NCBI RefSeq assembly: GCF_030028105.1
Contig: NC_092378.1
Coordinates: 15,208,762-15,272,761 of the forward strand
Length of the DNA: 64,000 nt
Direction of reading: 5' to 3'
Source of the DNA: Mobula birostris
Lineage: Eukaryota
In this document: in pieces, positions 1 through 14,306 of the stretch
Layout: the number at the start of each line of letters is the position of its first letter
How positions within the stretch are numbered: position 1 is the stretch's first letter
Program-made: the position numbers and the translations under genes
Notes under the pieces: model-generated
Seen by the model: only the letters and a program-made list of their open reading frames with translations
Databases searched by the model: none
Told to the model about the DNA's origin: nothing

Positions 1-1379
1 AAATCGATACACCTGGGAGAAACATGACCTAATCTTTCAGCTGATCACTATTAAAAGATCCCGTTCCTTCTCAGTAAACTGCCTGCCCTCTCCTCACGAT
101 CTGCAGGTTGGAGCAGTGCTCTGGTGTCTCTTTAAGAATTGTGTTCCGAAGTCACAGCTGCATAGTTATGTGCTGGAAACCAGACAATATTGTGGTAGAG
201 GAGCTCAGCTCAAGCGCCGAAATCGGGAGACTTCGCTGTTAATTTGTTCCTTTCACCCGCAATTTAAAGAAAAAACAGCGACCAACCATTTTAACACTTA
301 ACTGTTTTCAATGACACACTGATCTAACGCTCTCAAAGCAAAGCAGAATATCTTTTTATAAAATTGTTATATAATCTTGTTTCGAATATACCCCGCCCAT
401 ACCAAATTATCTTCTGCTCTCGCTAATGACAATACCTCGCACTTCCCTAAAGCTCACCCACAATGGTGAACAACCACAGTATTTTTTTTTAATTTTAGCG
501 AATGCTAGTAACATTTTCACCACTTAAGGTAAGGAAACAGTCCACATAAGCGAAAACAACCCAGGAACCAGTTAATTATTTCACTTTGTACCTTTTAGCA
601 GTTAATGGCGAATTGAGTACCAATCTCAGGTGTTCGCCCTCGAGATTGTTATTTAATAACACGAGAAATAAATTTCATTATTACGCCAGTATATATTTAA
701 TCATCAAGACTATGAGAACATTTTCGACTATTTATTGATACAGTACTAACTTGCATAACTTTTCTTAACTGTTTTCTATTATGTGCTTGAAGCTATTGTA
801 TATAAAATAATTAGAGTCGCACGTTACAAATAGAAAGAAAATGAAGTCTAGGATGCCAATACAAATTTAAGGATTTTTTTACTGCTTCCGCCACTGAGGA
901 TTTTGCAAAGAACAACGATTCTTACAATCAGTCTTACGATTTTCAGAAAATGTTTTGGGAGAAATATCTTGGCTGGCATTCCGTATTGAAACGAATGTTA
1001 GTTCATTGTAAAATATACATTAAAATATAAATTTATTTCGATCATTAAAATCAACTCGGGCAAAACGTGGTGTCATTTATCGTACTCTGATAGCTAAAGT
1101 GCTAAACGTATTTATAAATATCGATATTCATAAAGAGTCCCTTTGTATTGATTGACAAATATAAATACAAGCAGTACTGAATCTGGTAACTACCACAGTA
1201 ACATTAAGAAAAAGTTCGTCATTTTTCCACGCTGTAATAACCGCTGATCTCAAGCACTGAAACTCGCTGGATGATGTTTGGGGAGGGTCGCACTAGTCTA
1301 AATAAAGTGAAATTTGAGATGGACCGAGAGAAAAAAACAGGGGTGGGGGAAAGTTGAATAAGGTCAAATGCTGAAGATA

Positions 1380-1810
1380 ATGATATTACAAAAGCAGGGT
1401 CGTGCTGACATGTTGCACTCCGGGCGACTCGTCCCCCCGGAAAGGAGACAACTTCACCACCAGCCTGGTTACCTCAGCTGTCAACATGCATCTCAGTCAA
1501 ACTCACAGAAACTTCGCAAACTTGTGACATTTCGCGAACGAGTGAAATGAAGATGTCCTGCCCTGCCGTTTAGAATGGTTAGCTGATACCCCTGAGCCCT
1601 ACGTGCCAGTGACATTATCTCAAAGGCCGTTGATTTACTCACCCCAACACAGCCGGCTCCCTTCGTTTCGCGTCCCCGCTTCCTCCAACACCAGCTCGTG
1701 CGCATGCCTGGCCGGACATGCCGCAGTGCGCGCGCCCAGCATTCTAGCGGGGAGATGCGCGCGCACGCGCGGCTCTGGAGGAAAGAGTCCGTCAAGATCG
1801 CTGCTATTTC
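1380..1810 (-). promoter_or_regulatory. CpG-rich promoter with candidate non-coding first exon of an unidentified leftward gene
   Basis: Dense CpG/GC; NRF1-like TGCGCATGCC at 1699-1708 and GCGC runs; minus-strand donor GGG|GTGAGT at 1643/1642, second donor GAG|GTAACC at 1473/1472. Confidence 0.5.
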
Positions 1811-1864
1811 AGCTGCTGCAAGTTCTTCTGGTAGTTTCTAAGATATCGTAAACGTGGAATAAAG

Positions 1865-2045
1865 TTTCTCTCTCCCCACCTTTCAAATTTACTCGTCAGC
1901 TTTTTTTTCTTTAGTCCTGCCGAAGGGTCTCGGCCCGAAACGTCAGCTATACTTTTTTCCAAAGATGCTGCCTGGCCTGCTGAGTTCATCCAGCATCTTG
2001 TGTGTGTTGCTCGGAGTTCCAGCACCTGCAGATTTTCTCTTGTTT
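1865..2045 (+). mobile_element. Penelope-like element terminal repeat fragment with degenerate hammerhead motif
   Basis: AGTC-CTGCCGA-AGGGTCTCGGCCC-GAAA-CGTC at 1913-1944 followed by GATGCTGCCTGGCCTGCTGAGTTC, as in the copies at 33046 and 51446. Confidence 0.8.
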
Positions 2046-2819
2046 ATGAATAAAGTTATTGCGAGTTTGCCAGTGTTTGCTTTGTTTGATTGTTGTATCC
2101 TCTACTCCAAGAGGGTGGAGACACGAAGGTGGTAACCTTCAACCTACTAACACAGATGTGAGCTTCAAATAGCCGCTGCCAGCTCGGGTTTCCAGGGCGG
2201 CACAATGACGGGTGGGGACTATCTGCATGAGTCTATTCTACACAAACTCTTTGGTCGCGTACAGTATTTGCATTCGTATTTTAGCAATTCCTGTTTGTTT
2301 ACCAGGAATCCTCACGGAGTCGAGGCAGTGCCTTATTTTAGGATTTTCTTCAGATACTGGTCGGATTACTGTTTGCTTAAAACATTTTCTGCATTTAATT
2401 GAGGATGGAATTTATTGATGTTGACGTACACTATCCTGCCGTTTATTTTAGCTAGAAGCTTTTAAAATAAACAACAGGTTTGATTAGTGTTGATAGCCTC
2501 TTTGAACTCAATATCTTCCTTCTCACTTTAGAACTCACTTCTAAAAAGCCGATTGTTTGTTATTAAATACAGGCAAACTAATAAATGCACTGAAATGTCG
2601 GTGGATCAATTAACAAGGTCAGCGCTTCCCGTGTCGCTCATCCAAATTCCACGATCACGGTAACAAATATAGTGGGGGTTCTACACGAAAACTGCATTTA
2701 CTCTGCATAGCATATAGAGCTGTTGCCAGATTTCCATCCCGAGCGCCGCTGATGTGTGGCGTTTGCATGTTCTCCTTGTGAGTGCGAGGGTTTCCTCTCG
2801 GGCAAAGGTGCTACTCATC

Positions 2820-3600
2820 GGTTACTGTCGTAGAAAAGCAGCATCCATCATCAGAGATCCCCACCACCCAGGTCATGCTCTCTTTCTCACTGCTGCTGTT
2901 GCGAATGCTCCGGATGACTCCTGAAGTGAGTTGGCAACAGCACATGACGGACGTCGAGCTCTGTAACAACCTACCGATGCTCTCCACTAAAATCGAGGCG
3001 AGAAGACTGCAACTAATGGGGCACTGTCTACGCCACCCCGAGCTACCTGCCGGCCTAGTCATCATATGGGAGCCCAAGCACGGGAGGCCAAGACTGTGGT
3101 CAACACGCTCCTAGGAGACAGCGGCGCGCCTAATGTAGATGAACTGAACACACTGATGAGGGAGAGGGAGAAGTGGAGAGTCCGCCATCGTGCCCAACGC
3201 CGGCACCCTAGGCCTGAGCCGACCTAGTAGTAGTAGTTAAGTGTTTAGGGCTGCAAAAAATTCACATTCCACCAGGTTTGAAAACAGTTACTACCATCAA
3301 GCTCTTGAACAAGAGGGGATAACTACACTCACTTGCCCTGTCACTGAGATGTTTCCCACAACCAATGATCTCACTTTATGGATTCTTTATCTCTTGTTCT
3401 CGTTATTTATTGCTATTTATTTATATTTGCATTTGCACAGTTTGTTGGCTTCTGCACTCTGGTTGATCTTTCATTGATTCTGTTATAGTTACTATTCTAT
3501 AGATTTGCTGAGTGTGCCCACAGGAATATGAATCTCATGCTTGTATATGGTGACATAGATGTCCTTTGATGAGAAAATTTACTTTGAACTTTGAATTGGT
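2820..3600 (+). mobile_element. Rex1/L2-type LINE 3' fragment interrupted by an RTE-type LINE 3' end (about 2896-3238)
   Basis: KAASIIRDPHHPGHALFSLL-type sequence as in other Rex copies; insert encodes ARRLQLMGHCLRHPE...WEPKHGR and ends in a (TAG)n tail. Confidence 0.7.
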
Positions 3601-4699
3601 TGCTGTAACGTATTGCAAGCAGTTGGTAAGAAAATTGGGGTGAGGTGGGGAGGGGAGAGGAAGTTGGGAGAATAGCTTGCATGGAAATAAGCAAGAGAAT
3701 TGGGATTTTAAGACTGGTACAGATGGGCTCTTAAAGCATGATGAAAACATGAAATATTCATCTATGCATTTAGAGAATTAAGCCCATGTGGCATTCTTCA
3801 TAGTAATTTCAATTTAAAGATCTTGTTTATTTGTTAATCTTATTCCCAAGTCTTATTGCTTTAGAGAAATTCAGCAAATTAAAACCGTGAACTGCTACAG
3901 CCATGAAAAAATTCTGTCAGTTAGTGTTGGTAATTTGTGGCAATAATCAAACTACAAGCAGGTGAACAAGTCATCAGCAAGAAACCCACCAGTGTGAATT
4001 GTGTTGTGGAGATAATCATCACTGCAACATTCCAAGTAAAATGCAGTGAGTAATACGAAGCACTAATTGTCATCTGTTCCAAGAACACTAAGGAATTTGA
4101 TCCAATAAATCAGGAAGAACGATGGAATGCTCTCAAATCCACCACAGAAATTCTTCACTACTTTACAATTTTCTTCATGAGTGTAGTCAAGCCATGATCC
4201 TAACCAGTAGGTCTGCAACAGAATGGATCTTCATGAAGACCGGTGTCAATTTTCTCCCCCACTGCTCATTCTTTCTTACATTGTTTCATTTCCAGCAGAC
4301 TTCCTGCAGGAGTGAAGCTAATCTTCAGACTCAATGGTTAATTTTCAACTTACAAGTACTCCACACTAAAAACAAGGTCACCCAAACCTCAATATCAGTG
4401 CAGAAGCTGATGCCCATGTTTGTGTATGCTGATGTCTGGGCACATAAGAAATGGGCCTTGATCGAACCCTCATTGCACAAAACTGTCCTCTGACAATGAT
4501 TCATGGGGCACCTTGGAAAATACAAGATACCTCTCAGCCAAGGTAGATATTGATGATATGACTCATCAACACATTCCTTTTGATACCATAACCTATGGAC
4601 AAATAAAGAAAAAGCTGTTTATAGCACAAGATGTCAGACCTGGCACAACCTCGTGGCCTACAGAAGATCCATGTCCTCTTATACATTTCTGAGATCTGG

Positions 4700-5905
4700 A
4701 CTAGTTACATTAGGCTTGTCAATTAGGAATGTTGCCACTTATGTTGTCTCTGCAAAATACTCCAAATCAATGGTTCACAAAGTGTGTGATCTCATGCCCC
4801 ATACATTTGGAGAAAAACTGATTCTGCCAGCAGTAAGGGAAGTTTTGAGTAAGGTTTTGTCTGAAGTTACCAGGCCAAATAACTAAAGTGATTCCACTCA
4901 GCGACAACTCTTAAGAGGAATAGATGAAATGTCTAAGAATGTAGAAGACACATTGTGTAACATTCTTAAGTGAAAGAATTTGCTCTACAGCTGCATGAGT
5001 CAACCTTGCTAGGCACTGAATTTTGGTTTCTTCGTTATGTTTCTTCATAAAAGATGAAAGCATGGTTCAAGAGTTCTTATTTGCAAGGGGACTAGAAACA
5101 GATACAAAGGAGTCAGTATTTCAGGTTGTTGAGCAATTTTTCAAAGAGAAGGACAGTTTGCTCACCAACTTTCTTGCTTGTGTGACAGATGGAGGACCAT
5201 CAATAACAGGATACCACCATGGGGTTATTACTTTCTTCAAAAAAGCTATACCTATTTACCATTCACTGTGTAATTTACATCTTGTGGCAAGAAACCTAAG
5301 TGATCAGCTGTTATCACAGTGGTAAATAAAATCAATTCCCATGCTCTCTATTCTCAACTATTTCAAGAGCTTTGTATTGAGAATGTTCGACAGTTTAAAT
5401 GCGTGTGTAGCACACAGAATTCATTTGGCTCTCAAAAGGAAAATGCCTGAGACACTTTTATGCACTTTTTGAAATGGTGAGTCTTCCTTTGAAGACTCGA
5501 ATGCTTCATTCAGTAATCAACTCAAGAATATTAGGCATGACATTGCTTATTTGTCAGAATTATTTGCAAAGTTTAATATAATCAATCCTTAACTCCAAGG
5601 AAATTATGTGAATCTTATCAAAGTCAGATCAGTCACATTTCTGTCTAGAAGAAGAAGGAAGAAAGCCCTTAACTCTGAGTGGAGTCATCAGGATGCCGTG
5701 ATGATGGCATTTTTTTTTTTAGCAGGCTTTCTTATTTTTACGAGATAAAGTTGCTAGCTTGACACTCAATACAGCACGGATGGAAAGCGTGCAAGGGAGC
5801 CAGCTGGATTCAAACTCGGGAGCCTTCGCTCCGAAATCTGGTGCTGATTCCACTACACCATCAGCCAGCTATTTCTGTCTAAGTTAACCCTATTTAAATG
5901 TAACA
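4700..5905 (+). mobile_element. Degenerate hAT (Charlie/Buster-like) transposase remnant
   Basis: PHTFGEKLILPAVREV, CVTDGGPSITG and WLSKG-like segments broken by frameshifts. Confidence 0.8.
5648..5870 (-). mobile_element. tRNA-derived SINE inserted in the hAT remnant
   Basis: Minus-strand A box TGGTGTAGTGG and B box GAGTTTGAATCC, (TTC)n tail, 11-bp TSD ATTTCTGTCTA at 5637-5647 and 5871-5881. Confidence 0.8.
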
Positions 5906-7520
5906 CTGGCTATCACAAACCCATCAAGCTGTGCCTTAAATACACACAATGACCTGGCCTCCATAGCCGTCTGTGGTAACAAATTCCACAAATTCACCAC
6001 CCTCTGGCTAAAGAAATTTCTCCACATCTCTGTTTTAAATGGATGCCCCTCTGCTCTGAGGCTGTGCCCTCTTGTCCGAGACTCCCCCACCATGGGAAAC
6101 ATTCTTTCCACATATACTCTGTCTAGGCCTTTCAACATTCGAAAGGTTTCGATGAGATCCCCCCCCATCCTTCTAAATTCTTGCAAGTACAGACCTAGAC
6201 CTATCAAACGTCCCTCGTATGATAACCCTTTCATTCCTGGAATCATCCTTGTGAATTTCCTCTGAATCCTCTCCAATTCCAGTACAACTTTTCTTTGATG
6301 AGGAGCCCAGAACTATTCACGATACTCAAGATGAGGACTCACCAGTGCCTTATAAAGCCTCAGCAACACATGCCTGCTTTTGTATTCTAGACCTCCTGAA
6401 ATGATTGCTAACATCGTATTTGCCTTCCTCACCACCGACTCTACCTGTAAGTTAACCTTCAGGGTGTTCTGCACAAGGACTCCCAAGTCCCTTTGCATCT
6501 GTTTAGAAAATAGTTTGCACATTTATTTCTACTACCAAAGTACATGACCGTGCATTTTCCAACATTGTATTTCATTTGCCACTTTCTTGCCCATTCTCCT
6601 AATCTATCTAAGTCCTTCTGCAGCCTACCTGTTTTCTCAACACTACCTGCCCCTCCACCAATCTTCATATCATCTGCAAACTTGGCAACAAAGCTATCTA
6701 TTCCATCATTATATCATTCATATACAGCATAAAAAGCAATACCAACACCGACCCCTGCAGAACACCACCAGTCACTGGCAACCAACCAGGAAAGGATCCT
6801 TTTATTCCCACTTGCTGCCTCCTACCAACCAGCCAATACTCTAACCATGCCAGTAACTTTCCTGTAATACCATGGGCTCTTAACTTGGTAAGCAGCCTCA
6901 TGTGTGGCACCTTGTCAAAGGCCTTCTGAAAGTTCAAATATTCAACATCCACTGCATCCCCTTTATCTATCCTACTTCTCCTCAAAGAATTCCAACAGGT
7001 TTATCAGGTAAGATTTTCCCTTAAGGAAACCATGCTGACTTTGCCCTATCTAGTCCTGTGTCACCATAACCCCATCCTTAACAATTGACTCCAACATCTT
7101 CCTAACCACTGAGGTCAGGCTGACTGGTCTATAATTTACTTTCTGCTGCTTTCCTCCTTTCTTAAAAAGTGGAGTAATATTTGCAATTTTCCAGACCTCT
7201 GGTGCCTTCTCCTTTGTAATAGTAACTGCACTCTCTTCACTTCCCTCACACCCTTCAACATCTGGCACACTGCTAGTGTCTTCCACTGTAAAGGCTGATG
7301 CAAAATACTCATTTAATTCATCTGCCTTCTCCATTAATATTTCTCCAGCCTCATTTTCTAGCGATCCTATATCCACTCTCATCTCTTCTATTTTTTACAC
7401 ACTTGTGAAAAGTTTTTACTATCCACTTTGATAGTTTGATAGCTTCCTTTCATATTTCATCTCTTCCCTCCTAATGATTCTTGTTGCTCTCTGTAGGTTT
7501 TTAAATTGCTGCTCTGCTAT
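5906..7520 (-). mobile_element. CR1 LINE, decayed reverse transcriptase and C-terminal region
   Basis: ORF pieces [46 protein letters not shown]. Confidence 0.9.
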
Positions 7521-8322
7521 CATCCCATAAGACCAAAAGTCACAGGAGCAGAAATAGGCCATTCAGTCCATCAAGTCCAATCGCTGTTTCATCATGGCTG
7601 ATTCTGGATCCCATTCAACCCCACTTACCTGCTCTCTCACTATATACCTCGATGCCCCGACCAGTCAGGAATCTATCAACTTCTGCTTTAAATATATCAT
7701 GGACTTGGCCTCCACCGCAGTCTGTGGCAGAGCATTCCACAGATTCGCCACTCTTTGGCTAAAAAGAAATTCCTCCTTCCTTCTGTTCTAAAAGGTCACC
7801 CCTCAATTTTGAGGCCGTGCCCTCTAGTTTTGCATATCCCCACCACAGGGAACATCCTCTCCATATCCACCCCATCTAGTCCTTTCAACATTCAGTAGGT
7901 TTCAATGAGATCCCCATGCATCCCTCTAAATTCCAGTGAGTACAGGACCAAAGCTGCCAAACGCTCCTATGTTAACCCTTTCATTCCCAGAATAATCCTC
8001 ATAAACCTCCTCTGGACTCTCTCCAATGGCAACACATCCTTTCTGCGATATGGGGCCCAAAACTGTTGACAATACTCCAAGTGTGACCAGACCAGCATCT
8101 TATAAAGCTTCAGCATTATCTCCTTGTTTTTATATTTTATTTTGCTTGAAATCATTGCCAACATTGCATTTGCCTTCTTTACAACAGACTCAACCTGTGA
8201 ATTAACCTTCTGGGAATCTGGGACGAGGACTCCTACGTCCCTCTGCACCTCTGATATTTGAACCTTCTCCCCTTTTAGATAATAGTCCGGACTATTGTTC
8301 CTTTTACCAAAATGCATTATCC

Positions 8323-11300
8323 ATAGAACATTACAGCACAGAAACAGGCCTTTTGGCCCTTCTTGACTGTGCCGAACCATTTTTCTGCCTAGCCCCACTG
8401 ACCTGCACCTGGACCATATCCTTCCATACACCTCTCATCCATGTACCTGTCCAAGTTTTTCTTAAATGTTAAAAGTGAGCCCACATTTACCGCTTCAACT
8501 GGCAGCTCATTCCACACTCCCACCACTCTCTGTGTGAAGAAGCCCCCCCCCAATGTTTCCTTTAAACTTTTCCCCCTTCACCCTTAACCCATGACCTCTG
8601 GTTTTTTTCTCCCCTAGCCTCAGTGGAAAAAGCCTGCTTGCATTCACTCTATCTATACCCATCATAATTTTATATACCTCTATCAAATCTCCCCTCATTC
8701 TTCTACGCTCCAGGGAATAAAGTCCTAACCTATTCAACCTTTCTCTGTAACTCAGTTTCTTAAGTCCCGGCAACATCCTTGTAAACCTTCTCTGCACTCT
8801 TTCAACCTTATTAATATCCTTCCTGTAATTTGGTGACCAAAACTGTACACAATACTCCAAATTCGGCCTCACCAATGCCTTATACAACCTCACCATAACA
8901 TTCCAACTCTTATACTGAAAACTTTGATTTATAAAGGCCAATGTACCAAAAGCTCTCTTTACGACCCTATCTACCTGTGTTGCCACTTTTAGGGAATTTT
9001 GTATCTGTATTCCCAGATCCCTCTTTTCTACTGCACTCCTCATTGCCCTACCATTTACCTTGTATCTTCTACCTTGGTTTGTCCTTCCAAAGTGCAATAC
9101 CTCACACTTGTCTGTATTAAACTCCATCTGCCATTTTTCAGCCCATTTTTCCAGCTGGTCCAAATCCCTCTGCAAGATTTGAAAACCTTCCTCACTGTCC
9201 ACTACACCTCCAATCGGCAAATTTGCTGATCCAATTTACCACATTATCATCCAGATCATTGATATAGATGACAAATAACAATGGACCCAGCACTGATCCC
9301 TGTGGCACACCACTAGTCACAGGCCTCCACTCTGAGAAGCAATCCTCCACTACCACACTCTGGCTTCTTCCATTGATCCAATGTCTAATCCAATTTACTA
9401 CCTCTCCATGTATACCTAGCAACTGAATCTTCCTAACTAACCTCCCATGCGGGACCTTGTCAAAGGCCTTACTGAAGTCCATGTAGACAACATCCACTGC
9501 CTTTTCTGGTAACCTCCTTGAAAAACTCTAATAGATTGGTTAAACATGACCTACCATGTACAAAGCCATGTTGACTCTCCCTAATAAGTCCCTGTCTATC
9601 CAAATATTTGGAGATCCTATCTCTTAGTACTCCTTCCAATAATTTACCTACTACCAATGTCAAACTTACCGGCCTATAATTTCCCAGATTACTTTTAGAG
9701 CCTTTTTTAAACAACCGACAACATGAGCTATCCTCTAATCCTCCGGCATCTCACCCGTAGATATCAACATTTTAAATATATCTGCCAGGGCCCCTGCAAT
9801 TTCAACATTAGTCTCCTTCAAGGTCCGAGGGAATACCCTGTCAGGTCCTGGGGATTTATCTACTCTGATTTGCCTCAAGATAGCAAGCACCTCCTCCTCT
9901 TCAATCTGTATAGGTTCCATGACCTCACTACTTGTTTGCCTTATTTCCATTGACTCCATGCCAGTTTCCTTAGTAAATACAGATGCAAAAAAGCCCATTT
10001 AAGATCTCCCCCATTTCTTTTGGTTCCATACATGGCCGACCACTCTGATCTTCAAGAGGACCAATTTTATCCCTTACTATCCTTTTGCTCTTAATATACC
10101 TGTAGAAGCTCTTTGGACTATCCTTCACCTTGACTGCCAAAGCAACTTCATGTCTTCTTTTAGCCCTCCGGATTTCTTTCTTAAGTATTTTTTGCACTTT
10201 TTATACTCCTCAAGCACCTTATTTGCTCCGTTTCCTATACATGTCATACATCTTTCTCTTCTTTTTTTTTATCTGAGTTCCAATACCCCTTGAGAACCAA
10301 GGTTCCTTATTGTTATTCACTTTGCCTTTAATTCTGACAGGAACATACAAATTCTGCACTCTCAAAATTTCCCCTTTGAAGGCCTCCCACTAACAAATCA
10401 CATCCTTGCCAGAGAACAACCTGTCCCAATCTACGCTTTTTAGACCCTTTCTCATTTCTTTAAATTTGGCCTTTTTCCAGTTTAGAACCTCAACCCAAGG
10501 ACTAGATCTATCTTTATCCATGATCAAGTTGAAACTAATGGTGTTATGATCACTGGAACCATAGTGTTCCCCTACACACACTTCCGTCACCTGTCCTAAC
10601 TCATTTCCTAATAGGAGATCTAATATTGCATCCTCTCTAGTTGGTACCTCTATATATTGATTTAGAAAACTTTCCTGAACACATTTTACAAACTCTAACC
10701 CATCTAGACCTTTAACAGTAAGGGAATCCAATCAATATGTGGAAAATTAAAATCCCCTACTATCACAACTTTATGTTTCCTGCAGTTGTCTGCTATCTCT
10801 CTGCAGATTTGCTCCTCTAATTCTCGCTGACTATTGGGTGGTCTATAATACAACCCCATTAATGTGGTCATACCTTTCCTGTTTCTCAGCTCCACCCATA
10901 TGGCCTCGGTAGACAAGCCCTCTAATCTGTCCTGCCTGAGCACTGGTGTAACATTTTCCCTGACTAGCAAAGCCACCCCTCCACCCTTCATTCCTCTGCC
11001 TCTATCACGTCTGAAACATCGGAACCCTGGAACATTAAGGTGCCAGTCCTGCCCCTCCTGCAGCCAAATTTCACTAATGGCTATAATGTCGTAATTCCAT
11101 GTGTCAATCCACGCCCTCAGCTCGTCAGCCTTCCCCACAATACTCCTTGAATTGAAATAGACACACCTCAGAAGATTATTACCACCACAGACCACCCTTC
11201 TATTTGTGACTTTGCATGAATTTTTAACATCATTTACTTTCACCCCCGCTCCACTATCTACTCTGGCACTCTGGTTCCCATCCCCCTGCAAATCTAGTTT

Positions 11301-11325
11301 AAACCCTCCCCAAAAGTACTAACAA
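8323..11325 (-). mobile_element. CR1 LINE, nearly complete ORF2 (APE endonuclease and RT) with frameshifts
   Basis: [51 protein letters not shown] motifs in consecutive ORFs. Confidence 0.95.
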
Positions 11326-11392
11326 ACAAATCATACATTACACAGCACTGCATTCCATCTGCCACTTTTTTGCCCATTCTTCCAATTTGTAT

Positions 11393-11744
11393 AGTAGTAG
11401 TAGGCAGCTGTTGATCCCAGGGGATCACGGGTTTGGGCCTCTGGTGGACTGTGTCCTCTCCAGGGCACAAGATTGGGCAGGAAGATTTGAAGAACCAGCT
11501 GTTGCCCATGCAGCAGGTTCCCCCTCTCCAAGTCACCGATGTAGTCCAAGGGAAGGGCAAGTGCCAATACAGCTTGACACCAGTGTCGTCCCAGAGGTTG
11601 CGAGAGTGAAGTTGTAAACAACATCAAACTGCCTTAGGGATGCCCGCTCCGGATTTCTTCCTCAGGGTTTACTTCCGAAGCCTTTCCCATGGGTGGGTAT
11701 GGCTGCAAGACAGCAGAGGTTTAAAATCAAGAGTTTTCCTTCTC
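11393..11744 (-). mobile_element. Non-autonomous RTE-derived element (RTE 5'UTR-like body plus short tail)
   Basis: 12-bp TSD TCCAATTTGTAT at 11381-11392 and 11745-11756; (CTA)n tail; body shared with the SINEs at 38.9 kb and 56.4 kb. Confidence 0.7.
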
Positions 11745-14306
11745 TCCAATTTGTATGTCCTGCTGAAATAACATAGCTTCCTCAGCGCTACCTACCCCTC
11801 TACCTATCTTCGTATCATCTGCTTTGCCACAAAGCCATCAATTCCACTATCTAAATCATTGCCAAACAATGTGAAAAGCAGCAGTCCTAATATTGAACCA
11901 AGGAACACCACTAGTCATTGGCAGCCAACCAGAAAAGGTCCCCTTTCTTCACACTCACTGCCATCTGTCAGCCATTCCTCTATCCATGCCAGTATCTTTC
12001 CTGTAACATCATAGGATTTTATCTTGTTAAGTAGCCTCATGTGAAGCACTTTATCAAATGCATTCTGAAAATCTAAGTAAAGGACATCCACTGCCTCTCC
12101 TTTGTCTATCCTACTTGCTACTTCCTCAAAGAATTCTAACAGATTTGTCAGGCAAGACTTCCCCCAACCGAAATCATGCTGACTTTGGCTTATTTTATCA
12201 TTAGTGTCCAAGCACCCCAAAACCTTTTCCTTAATAAGGGACTCTAACACTTTTCCAACCAGAGGTTAGGCTAACTGGTTTATAATTTCTGGTCTTCTTA
12301 GAGAGTGGAGTGACATTTGCAATTTTCCAGTCCTTCGGGACCATGTCAGCATCTCCTTCCAAGTTACTTTGCAACTTTTTTCTCACACCACTGTAATTTC
12401 CATTACTCCTCTGAAATACTGCTACACCAGACTTTACTTTCTCCCTATCAAATTTCAAATTGAACTCAATCATATTGCGATCACTGCCTCCTCAGGGTTC
12501 TTTTACCTTAAGCTTACAGTTCATTATTGATGTAAGTTGTTTTTACCGTAATTAAAGAAATAATTTGATTTGTAACTTTAAATAGATTTGAACAATTTTT
12601 GCATTAGATGTCACAACACTGAACTTAGTTCCTATTTTCTTTTCACTGCACATCATAAACCAAAATTCTTTGTAGATTTTATATAATGGCTGGAAAGGAG
12701 AATCTGAGGATGTGGTCCGGGAGCCACTGGGTGGTAACCTAAAGTTTGGGAACAACCACTCTAAATTCACTGAAAGGATGTGCAAACTAACAGTCTGCTC
12801 CCAGCCAATATTCCCTGCACTAAAGCCTTACTTTCACACAACTGGCTACTTTGGATAGACGGTAATGTTTGCATGTCTCGTGTCAAGATTCACAAAACAT
12901 GCTTTCTGTTCTCAGCCTCATAATAAGAGATTCAGGCAGAAAAGACTGAAAATATTCTCAAAGCCTCAAAGGAATGCAATGTTCCTGATTTTTGCGAATC
13001 CTTGATCCACGACAACTCCAGGAATATTTGAGATGATATTGAAAATGTTAGATCCATCCGTTGGGACATAGAAGCCCTGTATAAATAGTAGGATTGCACC
13101 AGCTCACAAACAACCCAACTCACTAGGCATCTCAAATATCATCTGTTCAAGTCTGTGGATTCTAGTCCTGCCTCATTCTTCACTTTAGAATCTTCAACAT
13201 TGTTGTGGAAGCAAATTATCCTTGATCCCAAAGAATTACCCAAGACAATTGGTTACAATTAGAAAATGCTGCCCCATACTGAAAATGGCAAGCCACTGTT
13301 GGAATCCATATGGAGTTGTCCAGATAAAGATGCAAAAATGCAAAGACCTTAGCTACAATTTTCAAATTTGTCTCCTTTTAATAATTTTTTCTAGATTGGA
13401 AAGTTGTAGATATTTTTAATTAATGGCAGGGCAGACATGAAAAGCAGAATAATTTACACATATTCATCAGAGTTTATGTGACTTTGGCACTCAAGAAAAT
13501 TATGGTAGTCTTTGGTGGTACAATGATACAATCTTAGAGTGAAGGAGTCTTAAGATGCGAATTACATATTATGGATTCTTCTATAATGACTACCAAATTT
13601 CATGATCCTTCTTGACAGCCTCCTCCCTGTGCAGCCTTAATCATTTGAGCTGTTCATATTTTTGTTTAAATATAGTAGTTTATTATGTTCTGATCATTAC
13701 CTTTTCTTAACTATTTTAATATTTTGCAACATGCAGTACTTACTCTAAACATTTTTAGAAGAATATTTCTATTCTGTATGCATTATCAATAAAGTAAATA
13801 ACTGCAATATCAATTTAGCGTATCCTCATTTTGAACATATCCTTGAGCAGTCATGGCTAAGTAAGCTAGTCGATTTTCCAAAGCACCAACTTTGTAATCA
13901 TTTTGTAACAATGGTCATATATCACGATCCAATTATCGCAGAAGGCAGGCAATATGTCCTGACTGAAAGATGCATTTGACAAGCATTTCTAAATTCTCTG
14001 TAACATTGAGCAGCCTTCAGCCTGGATCAAATCACCATGCAATCGCATTAGTTAAGCTATTACCCTTTGTATGATCTTGGGCTTTTTACCAATCTCAGAA
14101 TTCATTTGCTGACAGTGAGTCATTCATAAAAATACAAAAACTACAGGCAAATGAGTATCTTGTATAACTGGTATAGCAGACAAAGTACTTTAATTATATT
14201 AAAACACAGCCCTGCCATGCAATAACCAAAGTACCATGTGAAAGTTTGTATGTATTTGAAATAAAGCCCCCCCCATTCAAAAAAGTTAGCTACTTTCTGA
14301 TAGGAA

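Larger units (their letters stand above)
7525..12510 (-). mobile_element. CR1 LINE split by nested insertions (host parts about 7525-8322 and 11331-12510)
   Basis: RT sequence stops near 8320 and resumes in register near 11331; ORFs 7967-8431, 11915-12250, 12231-12473. Confidence 0.8.

Noticed and set aside
1493-1851. ORFs on both strands in the CpG island
   Set aside because: Typical GC-rich chance ORFs with no recognisable domain.
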